A stretch of 43,113 nucleotides of DNA from Aplysia californica (lineage: Eukaryota). The stretch's first letter is position 1. The number at the start of each line of letters is the position of its first letter. Location of the stretch: positions 2,604,655 through 2,647,767 of the forward strand of contig NW_004797273.1 of NCBI RefSeq assembly GCF_000002075.1. The letters are read 5' to 3'. Positions 1 to 11,100 of this stretch are shown piece by piece. The translations under genes were made by a program, and so were the position numbers. Below the pieces are notes generated by a model. The model saw nothing but the letters and a program-made list of their open reading frames with translations. It made no database searches and was not told the origin of the DNA.

Positions 1-99
1 ACACACACACACACACACACACAATTGACATACACACTCACGTAGTACGTAAGCGCACGTGAGGAAGGGAGAGAGAGAGAACTCTTTCTCCGTTTTGCT

Positions 100-312
100 C
101 AACACTTGACTTTAAAACTGAAGTGCATTAGTGGATGGTTGGCGGCTGCTCTGGTGTGGTTTGCTCCTTCTTTCATATCAAACATCTTTTGTCTCCATAT
201 ATCTCTCATTCTTTTTTGTGTTTATTATACTCTCTTGTAACACCTCTAATCTTTTGCATTTATATGACCTTATTGTGTTGCAAGTGCCGCAAAACTCTTA
301 CTAAAACTAAAA
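100..312 (+). mobile_element. Short retroposon family B with I/Nimb-type 3' tail
   Basis: Ends TATATGACCTTATTGTGTTGCAAGTGCCGCAAAACTCTTACTAAAACTAAAAC. Body (TTTGCTCCTTCTTT...TTTTTGTGTTT...ACTCTCTT) matches the minus-strand copy at 20940-21560. Confidence 0.65.
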
Positions 313-314
313 CG

Positions 315-469
315 AAGTGCGGTTAAACATTTGTGGCGCAACTTATTGTCAAATATCTCCCCAACTGTAGAACATAACATAGACTCTCCAACTTTTGCAC
401 AATGATTCACTCGTTAAAAAGATCGTTGAAGTTGAAGATAAGTTGCGCCACGAATTTCTTACCGCACTT
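315..469. mobile_element. Small MITE with ~32-bp inverted termini
   Basis: AAGTGCGGTTAAACATTTGTGGCGCAACTTAT (315-346) vs the reverse complement of 438-469 (AAGTGCGGTAAGAAATTCGTGGCGCAACTTAT); a related end recurs near 18740-18790. Confidence 0.65.
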
Positions 470-3400
470 GAGATAAGTTTGTAAGAAGGTACTGCAACTC
501 AGAAGTGAATTTAAACTGCAGGTTTAAGTAAGGGAAAAGGGCTATTCCATATAAATGAAAAAAACAAAACAAAAAACAACAACAACATGAGATCGAGCGC
601 ATGTTGCAACACAATTTGGGGAACCAGGGGGCACTTATGATACAGAGGTACTGTGTTCGCCTCTTATTCAGTCAAACTTTCACGTAAGAAATGTAACCAG
701 TAACAATATGACAAGACTATTTACTATTTAGATATATATGAGCTTTTTCGAAAAGTTCGTCTTTCTGGGGTACTGTTCTCTTTGTAAATGTATTCAAGGA
801 GAACGAGAATGGAAATCCAATCATATTTGGTGTCAATAGATCCAGTGAATGCCACTGATAAACTGGGAGAAAAGTGAGGTAGTTGGGGAAAGTCGTTTTT
901 TTTTTTTTACGATATAAATAATATAATTCAGCTGCCATGTTGACCGATCCGACTCTTGACAAGGAGGACAAAGAGTGACCGAGCGACTGAATCTTGCCCA
1001 ATTGATCACGTGATTTAACGGATAATGCGCAGAAATCCCCACGGGCTAGAACACGGAACATGCGCAGAAATTCCCACGGGTCAGAAGCCGCAGGCTAATC
1101 GACCGAATTAATTTGAGTCGCAAAACGCTAGCCACTCCAGATTGGGCAACTGGCCACTTTGTTTTACAATACTATTTCATTATTTTGATAAGCGCCTGAT
1201 TTTACCTTGATAGGCCTACCATGCATTTAGATAATGGGGGGGGGGGGGGGGGGGCTTTTTCAAAATTTGTCTGTCGGCTCGGGCATAGTGGGATATATCC
1301 ATAATGACAGGGTGAGATGATATAAAATAACCCCTAACACCACACCCCCCCCAAAAAAGGAAAAAAGCAAACAAACACATTGTGGTGTTTACATGTATAA
1401 GAACAACAGCAACACCCTTCAGAAAACAAACAAACAAATTTACAAACAAAACCATCACCCCCCCCCCACACACACACACACACACCTAATAAAAACCTCA
1501 AAATCTAAACTATGCAGAATAACTCTGGGATTATCGAACACCTGTCTTCACCGTGTACATGTTACAGCGAAATCCCTTACTATTACAATTTCCACCACAC
1601 ACACATACACCACACGCACACATAGACACACCAGGTGTATGTATATTATATTTGTTGGACATTATGCGCCTGTGTATACAATTTCAACACCACAGGTATT
1701 TCAGACACTCATGGGCCTACTTAATTAGCCACGTCATCACAGTTTATAACACAAATTGTAAACCAGTATAGCCGCCCATTTAATTTTAATCATACTCTTC
1801 TCCTGTCTGGGATGGCCCTGTTAGGCAGGGTCAGAAGCCCACCTCCTAAATGATCCAGTTTGTGTCCATGGCGGTGTAAAATCACCTTCATAAGATAAAA
1901 ATTGCCTAATCATCACTCTCGCCTTTGACATGGCAAGTCAAAGTGCAACGCGCACCATTGTGTTGTTTTGGCTTCATTATCACGGACACGCTTCACTGGT
2001 TTGCTGAGTGTCTTACGTGTACATGACGTAATCTGATACCGCACCAGGGACAGTGTTTACACAACAAAACTACCCCCCCCCCCCCCCCACCACACACAAA
2101 CACGCGAGCGCCTCGGGGTGCACATGGATACATGTACAAAAAAAGAAAGAAAGAAAGAGAGAGAAGGGGGGGGGGGGGCAGAAAGGGGGTGTGTGAGGGA
2201 GAGAGAGAAAGCGAGAGACTGGGGGAGGGGGGTGGACAAACACAGAGCAAGCGAGTGAGGGAGAGAGAAAGGGAGAGAAGNNNNNNNNNNNNNNNNNNNN
2301 NNNNNNNNNNNNNNNNNNNNNNNNNNNNNNNNNNNNNNNNNNNNNNNNNNNNNNNNNNNNNNNNNNNNNNNNNNNNNNNNNNNNNNNNNNNNNNNNNNNN
2401 NNNNNNNNNNNNNNNNNNNNNNNNNNNNNNGCAGTTGAAAGGTTTTGTTTGGAAGATTGAAACAATAAAGAAACTGCAATAAATTTCACTTGTTTAAATC
2501 TAGTCTGAATGTTGATCACAGCGCCGTCCAGACTGATCTTCTGGTAGTCCTCGTGATTTATTTTGGTTTAAAAGAATAATTTTTTAAAAAGCAATATTAA
2601 AATACCAATAATGGTCGACTTCACTTTCTGGAAACTTCGTAGAATGCTTCGTCATTATAAGCAGAGCCAAAAATTTTACTGTTCTAAGCTTTAAAAAAAT
2701 GAAACTTCACCGATTTCAAGCTGTCTGGAAAACAGAGATTGCACAAAGCAAAACTACAGTGTTCCCTCACTGTACCCCCATCCCCTTTCACCAATCCACA
2801 ATACTTAATAATTTTATAGACGGCTTACCAAGGGGAGACAAAAGTGGAAGGGTGTGGTGGTGGTGGAGGGGTTGTGTTTTTTGTTGTTTTTGTTTTTGTT
2901 TTGTTTTGTTTTTTAGGGGGGGGGGTGGTATCTGTGCGTAAATAAGACACATTGTTGAAGTTGAAGAATATTGTGTAGTGTGTTTTATTGGTGAGCCCTC
3001 TGATTTTTGTTGACGCCTACCTTTTTCTTCACTCCTATTAAACCCCATTTCTACAATTTAAAGTGGTACATGTCATATTTATTTACTCCCGAAAAGACCA
3101 TAGTTTTATCCTATGCCAGGAACACATTTTGTGTCAATAAACTTCGAAATAAAAGTCGAACTGGGTATATGGTTCCTTTTAAATACATCTTTTTTGGAAA
3201 GTCTATAGTCGGTCTTTCCCCTGGATCATAATTGTTTTTCTCCCAAATAGTTTGAGAAAGGGTTAACGATTAATACATTTTATCTCAGCCCACGGCGATA
3301 AAGTGTCAGGGAGGGGGAATGTGGTGTGAAAGTTACAATTAAATTACTTTCACAATTAGACTACAATTCTGTGAGCGCTAAACTATTTCAAACGTTATGA

Positions 3401-3653
3401 ATGTAACACAATAATTAGCACAATTCAAATGTGGACAAAAGCGAGAGTGCCCAGGATAAATTCCCTTCAGGCCGGACACGCAACAGTTGCGCGCGTCGCT
3501 TGGGACAAAGGATAAGTACATGTAGGCTATCCCTCACAAAGACTCAGGACTGACTTGTCGATGAGCGTGGGACTGTGAGAAGGCGAGAAAGCCTCAGTCT
3601 AGAGACTGGACATCCGAGAGCCCTCACCTTTTTTTAAAGCTTGTTATTCACTT

Positions 3654-3745
3654 GTAAGTGCTTGGACGAATGTGTTTAAAACTACTAGTTAGAAAGAAAA
3701 CGCGGCTTATTGTATAATTTTCATGAATTGTGCACATGTTTACAG
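3654..3745 (+). other. Candidate 5'UTR intron of the kinase gene
   Basis: Consensus donor CTT|GTAAGT at 3654 and acceptor TGTTTACAG| ending 3745, about 100 bp upstream of the ATG. No transcript evidence. Confidence 0.4.
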
Positions 3746-3849
3746 TGTTAATCTAATCATCACGTTGACAAACTTCCCTTGCACTGTGTTTTGCCATCCT
3801 ACGTTGAGTTTACGGAGTGTTGGAGTAAACCAAGCTTGTGTTAGCCACG

Positions 3850-4911
3850 ATGATATCGCAGTCAAGTGAAGGGATGAGCTGTCTGTCCAAATTCCCGGAA
3901 TCTGGCGTCATAAACGCATATGGTGACAGCGCACTGAGTATACCGAGGACAGATGCACTCTGTGTTGATACGAACGTATTTCTTACTTACTCCAAAAAGA
4001 AAGATGGACAAGACAAACCCAACACTCCTTGTTTCAACGAGTTGTACCAGCCTACAGGAGAAATTTTGGGCCACGGTTCGTTTGGCTCCGTGTGCACATA
4101 CAAGAGGAAGAAAACGGGGATGGAATACGCCGTAAAAATCATCAAGAACTGCGATGATCCTCGCAGACGACCGGCAGTGTTGAGGGAGATCAGAGTTTGC
4201 GGTCGCTTCAAAGGCTGCGAAAATATCATTCAGCTCGTGGAGTTTTTCGAAGAAAAAAATACATTTTACCTAGTGTTTGACAAGGTAGCGGGAGGTACCA
4301 TGGACAAGGTGATTAAATCACAGGCGTTTTTGGACGAGCCTGACGCTTCCCGTGCGATCAGCGCCATTGCCCGCGCTCTGTTGACTCTCCACAGCGCCGG
4401 AGTGGCCCACAGAGACATTAAACACAGCAACATCTTGGTTCATACAAAAGGGGAGGTCACCCCACTCGTTCTGTGTGACTTAGGCTTAGCGAGTGAGCCC
4501 ACTCCTAACGGGGCCAGACCTTCCCTGACGACCGCTGTAGGCTCACCAAAGTTCATGGCACCGGAAGTCGTAGCCGCGATCAGGCAACGTCCCGTGGTAC
4601 CCTACGACCACCGCTGTGACATGTGGAGCCTAGGTGTCCTGCTTTTCTCTATGCTCTACGGCTTCCTGCCTTTTAAAGGCGACTGTGGTAAGCACGTAGG
4701 TGTCTGGCGCCAGCCTTGTCATGACTGCCACCAAATCATTCTACACAAGGTCCTGCACGGACAGTTCAAACTCCCGCCTGGCCCCACGGAGTTGTTGTCA
4801 CGTGACGCAGTGAATTTGGTCCGAGGCCTCCTGGCCGTTGACCCCCGAGACCGCTACTCGGCCTTCGACGTGCTGCAACATCCTTTTGTCACCGCGCATG
4901 CACAAAGGTGA
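3850..4911 (+). CDS. Intronless MAP kinase-interacting (MNK/MKNK-like, CAMK group) Ser/Thr kinase, ~353 aa; probable retrogene or lineage-specific paralog
   Basis: Uninterrupted ORF (track starts at GTG 3838; first ATG 3850; TGA 4909-4911). Kinase motifs LGHGSFG, YAVKII, LREI, HRDIKHSN, DLG and APE. MNK hallmarks: FNELYQPTGEILG, EFFEE..FYLVFDK, YDHRCDMWSLGV, and the Cys insert GDCGKHVGVWRQPCHDCHQ. Confidence 0.93.
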   Translation: MISQSSEGMSCLSKFPESGVINAYGDSALSIPRTDALCVDTNVFLTYSKKKDGQDKPNTPCFNELYQPTGEILGHGSFGSVCTYKRKKTGMEYAVKIIKNCDDPRRRPAVLREIRVCGRFKGCENIIQLVEFFEEKNTFYLVFDKVAGGTMDKVIKSQAFLDEPDASRAISAIARALLTLHSAGVAHRDIKHSNILVHTKGEVTPLVLCDLGLASEPTPNGARPSLTTAVGSPKFMAPEVVAAIRQRPVVPYDHRCDMWSLGVLLFSMLYGFLPFKGDCGKHVGVWRQPCHDCHQIILHKVLHGQFKLPPGPTELLSRDAVNLVRGLLAVDPRDRYSAFDVLQHPFVTAHAQR

Positions 4912-5658
4912 TGCCGTCACTGAAATCGCTTCGTCCTCCCCTTTGCTACCTCAGAATTATAAAGATCTGTCTACTCAATACCTAGTTTTGAGAAATTTGA
5001 GATAAATTTTTTTGGGTTTGTTTTACAATGTGTCAAGCTTTTTTTAATGTAAGTTGTTGAATATCTTGATAACGGCTGGGAATATTTTTACGATTTTGAT
5101 ATAGCAGATAGAGCATTTGCTTTCTGATCTCATGGTGTTAGTAACACAAATCGGCCAAAAATGTCAAATAGAACTTTGTAATTTTTAGGTAGCGACTTTG
5201 CTGTCACAGTCTTTTCAGTGAACGAAGATGATGTCATTTCGCAAAGGATTATTATTGTCTGGACTAAGCTGAATATGACGGTTTCGCCGAATAATGACAT
5301 ATCTTGAAGATTTTGTCATATTATGGTGTATGTATTCACTTTTTGTTCTGTGTGTTTGTGACTGTAAATGTTTTCTGAAATGCATGTTACTACTCTAATG
5401 CATGATTGACTAGGAGATATGATCATTTACTTTCTTTTAAAAAATTCTATTACTACATACAAGCGAAAATAATACTTTTTTTTCTCTTTATTTTTTAACA
5501 CCAGGAAGCTCATGACTATCAAAGAAAACCAAACTGAATGAACCTTGTTCTAAATTTGCTGTTCCTCAAATATGGTTAATGTCACTGGGATTTGCTATAC
5601 ATTCTGTCTTGTTATAGCAGTCAGTAGATAAAAAGGGGCAAGGGGGGGGGGACTGATC

Positions 5659-6146
5659 ACTTTTTTAAAATAGTCGATGAAATACTTCAAAGATGAGGTA
5701 CGAACCAGCGAAGCGATTTCAACATGATGTACAACATCATTTATTTTACTGGGAAATGCAAATGTATGAGTATTGCACTGAATAAATTGCACCATCTTCT
5801 TCATACAAATCTTCTGTTTGAACTATCCCAAGCAGGAAATATTTCTACAACACAGTGACAGATACAGAGTCCATTTAACCTTAATGAGGATGTGCGTTAT
5901 GGTTACTTAAACATGCTTGAAGGCGCGGGTTTTTGTTTTTTTTAAGGAAGCAAAACTTCGCTATTCGTACAGAAGAATTTTCAATTCTATTTCCTTATCC
6001 TGAAACTTTAAAAGGTAGGCAAGAAAATATATGGATTCTGTGAAATATTTGGCAAAAATTTTGCGAAATGACTTTTTTAAAATAGTCGATGAAATACTTC
6101 AAAGATGAGGTACGAACCAGCGAAGCGATTTCAACATGATGTACAA
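5659..6146 (+). repeat. Exact 76-bp direct repeat (5659-5734 and 6071-6146)
   Basis: ACTTTTTTAAAATAGTCGATGAAATACTTC...CATGATGTACAA occurs twice, 412 bp apart. Confidence 0.9.
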
Positions 6147-6758
6147 AACTTCGTGTTTCTGATTTGAGTATAAGGTAAAATAAAGGTAGGTGTACAAATG
6201 TACCACAACATTGCGATTGTTCTACTGCTGATCACGCATATTATATCTGTTACGTTTTGAAAAGTGAACTGTGTCTATGTCAGCCAGGCTCTTAGATGGT
6301 CAGTATAATTTTACTTTTGCACCCATTTTGTTTTCAGATAATATTTTAAAGCAGCTTTATGTTCATTTTTAAAATCTGTTTTACTTGAATTTTCACTTTA
6401 AGTTCGCCGCAAATTAATCTATTATTTTATTAGTATGAAAACGTTTGAGTATGACGGTTTTAATACTGAGCTAAAAGACAACGTACAGGCCTAGGAATTA
6501 CATAGCAATATTTCACCTGTCTTTAACAAACTGGGGGGTATTTTAAGGTAGTAAAAAAAAGAACACGTTTTTTTTTCCTTTNNNNNNNNNNNNNNNNNNN
6601 NNNNNNNNNNNNNNNNNNNNNNNNNNNNNNNNNNNNNNNNNNNNNNNNNNNNNNNNNNNNNNNNNNNNNNNNNNNNNNNNNNNNNNNNNNNNNNNNNNNN
6701 NNNNNNNNNNNNNNNNNNNNNNNNNNNNNNNNGAAAATGTGCGCGCACGGGCGCCCTT

Positions 6759-6834
<76 letters not shown>

Positions 6835-7620
6835 CTTGATTGTCTTTGTACTCTACTCACTGTTATACACGACTTTGTAAAAACTATCATGTCAATAAAA
6901 TGTGTTATTACCATTGATTTGGAAGTTGCGTAATGTGTGTTGTAAGTGTTGACTATCGACTCACCAACCTTCGTTTCAGTAAAAGTTGTGGGAACAACGT
7001 TATTATAAAACAAACAAGAATCTAGATCTAGATCAATTTTGTTTATTAAAAAAAGAGCGCTCTAATTTCCGGCTTCCGGTGAGAAGGAGATCACTCTAAC
7101 GTCGTCAGCTCGCTTCAGTTTAATTTTTTTTTGTTCGCAATTCTACGTCAGGAAGTTTATTGACGCCGCAAAATTTGTCAAAATTCTGCTAAATTCTGCC
7201 AAAAATCAAATTCCGCGGCCGCAGCCGGGTGAAATTCCGCGGCGCAGTTGATCCATTTTTCGGCGCGAAAAACTACGATGTCCGAAAATTTACAATCACT
7301 GCCCCCCCGCCCACTTTTATTAGAGCAGGGGAGGTAACGAAATGAAAATAAATCCAACATGGTTCGAATACCATACAACATTGTGTAGTTGTCTCCCATG
7401 AAAAGGATTTGTTTTATCAGGACCTGTCCTGAATCCAACGCAAGAGAAAGTGTTTTCAGGTGATTAATCATTAAACAGACGTAAAATAACAATCAACTAA
7501 CCAACCAAACAAGCAAAATACATGGTGTTGTATTGGAGATCGTTTGTATTGAAATCAAACACTAAACAAAAGTCAACTTAAATTCAGCTCAAGTCTAATT
7601 TATATTATTGTGAATAAGTT

Positions 7621-7825
7621 TTAAAATACTTCTGCGTTCTGCACAGTACTTGTGCCAACAACCGGGCTCCCCTTTCGCCTGTAACATGCTACAGGGCAAC
7701 AAAGAGAAAAACTTGACCACAGGACGATGGTGAGGTGTTGTCGAAAGGTGCTGCTCAGACATATGTAAGAAGTGAAGCTCACGAGGTCGCTGCAGAGTTG
7801 GCCAATGGTGAACGTCTCTTTGAGT
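7621..7825 (-). CDS. GPCR coding exon 6 (TM7, helix 8, Cys-rich tail, stop)
   Basis: Acceptor ttattgtacag|; LKETFTIGQLCSDLVSFTSYICLSSTFRQHL...LCCPVAC...VF*. Confidence 0.9.
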
Positions 7826-8116
7826 CTGTACAATAAACACGGTAATATTAAGGATTGAAGTAACAATAACAACATCGTAGGAAGAAATATTATAGCTGTC
7901 CCCGTGGTTTTATGCACCCTGCATAATTTAGCAAAATTGAGCATTTTTTGGCGTAATTTCTGATTATTTTCCTTTACCATTCTTAGTTAAAATTAACAGA
8001 ATCGCATAATTTCAACTTTTTAGGCTCAGTTTGTATTATTAATTTCAGAATTTTTCTTGCTGGGATGTAATGTAGACTGTGGAAGAAAGAAGCCTAATGT
8101 CCGGCAGTTTCTCTAA

Positions 8117-8171
<55 letters not shown>

Positions 8172-11100
8172 ACTATCTATCTATCTATCTATTGTTGCAA
8201 GTGTCTTTAAACTTTTACTGAAAACCGTTTAACTAAATGACTACCCCAAAAAAATAATCATAGAAACGTTTACAACTTCACTCACGTCAAGTACAGATAG
8301 TGTTCCTTCTGGCCTACCCCATAATGGTCCAAGTCATCCCTCACTAACACGTTCACGTTATTCGGCAGCGAAAACAGGATGAAGAAAAAAGTCGAGACCA
8401 AAACCACAGTAGTCGTCTGTTTTTCCAAGTGGTCACGTGAGACGCTTTTGTTGACTTTATTACTTTTGTTTTCGGCGACGCCGCTTGAACTTGAGGGTAA
8501 AACTTGGCTGTTGGTCATCTTTGAGCGTCGTTTTGAGTGGAGGAACAGTGCGGTGACCATGCCAGAGTTGGTAAAAGTGCCTACTATGAGTGGAATGTAC
8601 ACCATGATGTAGCTGAAATGAATGAATTGTAAAAGCGATATGACATTCAGCAATATATCATTTTTTTTTAACGTAGGTGATTTTAACCTTTTAACCCCCC
8701 CCCCCCCCCCCTCATCAACACAATCTAGATCATTAAGGAAGCAGGAGAGACATCCCAGCCATAAGACCAAGATACGAAATAACAATTTTTCTCCCCACTG
8801 ATCGGGAATCGAACTCAGGTCGCTTGCGTGGGATAGCAAAGAGCCTAACCGCTACGTAATAGTAAAAAAAAAAAAGCGTAGCAATATCTCTGAAAACTTG
8901 TATGTACGTTAACTTTGTCCTTTTAATTTCTGAGGAGCTCTTTAACGTACTTTAAACTTTTTAGTGTTTGTGTGCCTTCCCTTTGCTGAGACAGTGGTTG
9001 TTAATGCAGAGATTTTTGTTGCAATACTATGAGTCACTCATATATATACAAAGATAAGAGTAAGATTCATAAAATATATTTTATTTATTTGTCAATCTTC
9101 TTTCTTCTTTTCCCTCCTCTTTTCCCGTTAAGCGTCTTCGGGAGATGTAGTTTTCCTCGGTCGGCTAGCTCTGCTGCTCTTTATTTCACTGAAGCCTTCA
9201 AAATGTAGATTCTAGATGTCCTAAATTTTACTAAAAATTAGGCCCTAAATCGTTAAAACGTGTTATGAGCAAAGCTGTCCTCTCTTATTCTTGTTTTCTA
9301 GTAGACAGCAGCAGTTATTGTAAAATGAGTAGGCTACCATAAAGGCAGATTGAGGTGAATGGAGATTCTCTGTCTGGCTCAGTGTCTAATTCAGTTTTAA
9401 AAAATTGTGTTTAAACAAACTAATGATAATGGACTCATAAACACGAGTGGTTGGCAGGTACTCAAGACTCAAGGGTGGCTTGCTTTTTGCTCCTTTTCTG
9501 TACAGCATCTCGCATCCGTATCTCTCCTCCTTCTTTTCTTTGTATCTTAAACTAACGATATATGAGGAAGGAGAAAGTAAAGTACCGGTAAGAAAAAAAA
9601 AAAAGCAACCCTCAAACAACTTACGAAATCGAGCGTGCGATGTGTACAAATAGAAGAGGATAACTTTTAGCCAGTGACGTCGTCGCGACGAAGTGATAGC
9701 CCTGAGAATTGCCGGACTTGACTGTGTAGCGGAAGAACAGGTAGACATGAGCCAGGAGTGAAAGGGGCAGCACTGACGAACACACGGGCAGAGTTTGGTT
9801 CAGCACTCGAAGGCGACGGGCTCTGTAGAAAACATAAGAACACACTGGAAAGTAGACAATTGCGAGCCATCGTGGTGAAATCAAACGCTCGTCAAAGTAA
9901 TGAAATCGCAGAAGCCGACATTTTTTCTACCGTTGAACAATTTTTTGTTTAACGTTCATTAAAAAAATTCGGGGTGGATTTTACTGAAAAGCGTTGATCA
10001 AAACATCCCCCCCCCCTAAATTAAATAACCCCCCCCCCCCAACCTCAAATAAACAAACAAAACCAAACAAATTCATTAACAAATTAACAAAATAAATAAT
10101 TTTCTAAAAAATATTATGAAAATGAATAAATGAATAAATAAATAGATAAATAGATATATTTTTTAAAGTAAAAAAAAGGAAGTGATTTTTGCTTTTATTA
10201 TTTTTTTTACGAAGGTGAATTCGCAGTTTCCAAGAACACTCAAGATTAGGAAGTCAATAAACTTTTTGAGGCCATTTTCTGGTTACTTTGATCTAAGACA
10301 CAAAACGACATCAACCTTCTTCAATCGCAAATATCTTGACTTCTTTTCAAGACAGATAGGTATTTTTTCCACAAAACGAGAGACATTGGCTAAGCTTAGA
10401 GATTATACTGATAACTCTATCACCATCATCCGGTGCCTTGTCGACTGGCGCGGGCGATCATGGACCTCCACTTCATTCTGTCTTGCGTTGCAGCGATGGT
10501 CTCTTGCTGTTCCCAGTTTTGTTGTCAACCTGTCCTGTATCTTTTCCCTCTGTCTGCCTCTGCTTCTCTCTCCATCCAACTAGCCAATTGTTACAATATT
10601 CTCCAATGCTTCTTTCCACATTGTGTGTCCAATGAACATTGCTTGTCGCTTTCGTATATATTCGCCATAAGCTGTCATCTGTAATAACTCATTGCAACCT
10701 AAAACTGTCGGGCACCTGATTCCACCGCGTCACGACGTTATTATTATTGAGAGCAACGGTGTGGAAAATCGGAATAGCGGCACTTACAGTGAACCAAGTT
10801 TGAAATACAATGTATAATTTAAATTACGTGACAACTTTGTTGGCATCTGATACATTTTTGGTGTTTGATCATTATCTATGGCTCACCAACTTCCCCGCTT
10901 TGATTTAACAATACAGTCATGTACGAGGGAGAGTAAAAAAAATAATGCAAGTTGTTCGTTATTTTTCACAATTTTGCATCAAATTTAATTCAGTTAAGCT
11001 CACAAGTACTTACTCATATATTTTTGAATTCAAACTGTTAAAATTAGAGTTTCTTTAATTTTGGCCCGAATAACGTCACATCAAAATGGCTACCCTCTTG

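Noticed and set aside
1216-3231. Many short ORFs upstream of the kinase
   Set aside because: Translations of poly-G/C, (CA)n and (GA)n tracts and an N gap; no domain signal.
7060-7281. Promoter-like CTTCCGG/CpG patch near the GPCR 3' end
   Set aside because: It runs into a probable hAT-type terminus (CAGTGATTG on minus) with AAATTC(C/T)GC subterminal repeats; no partner end or associated gene found.
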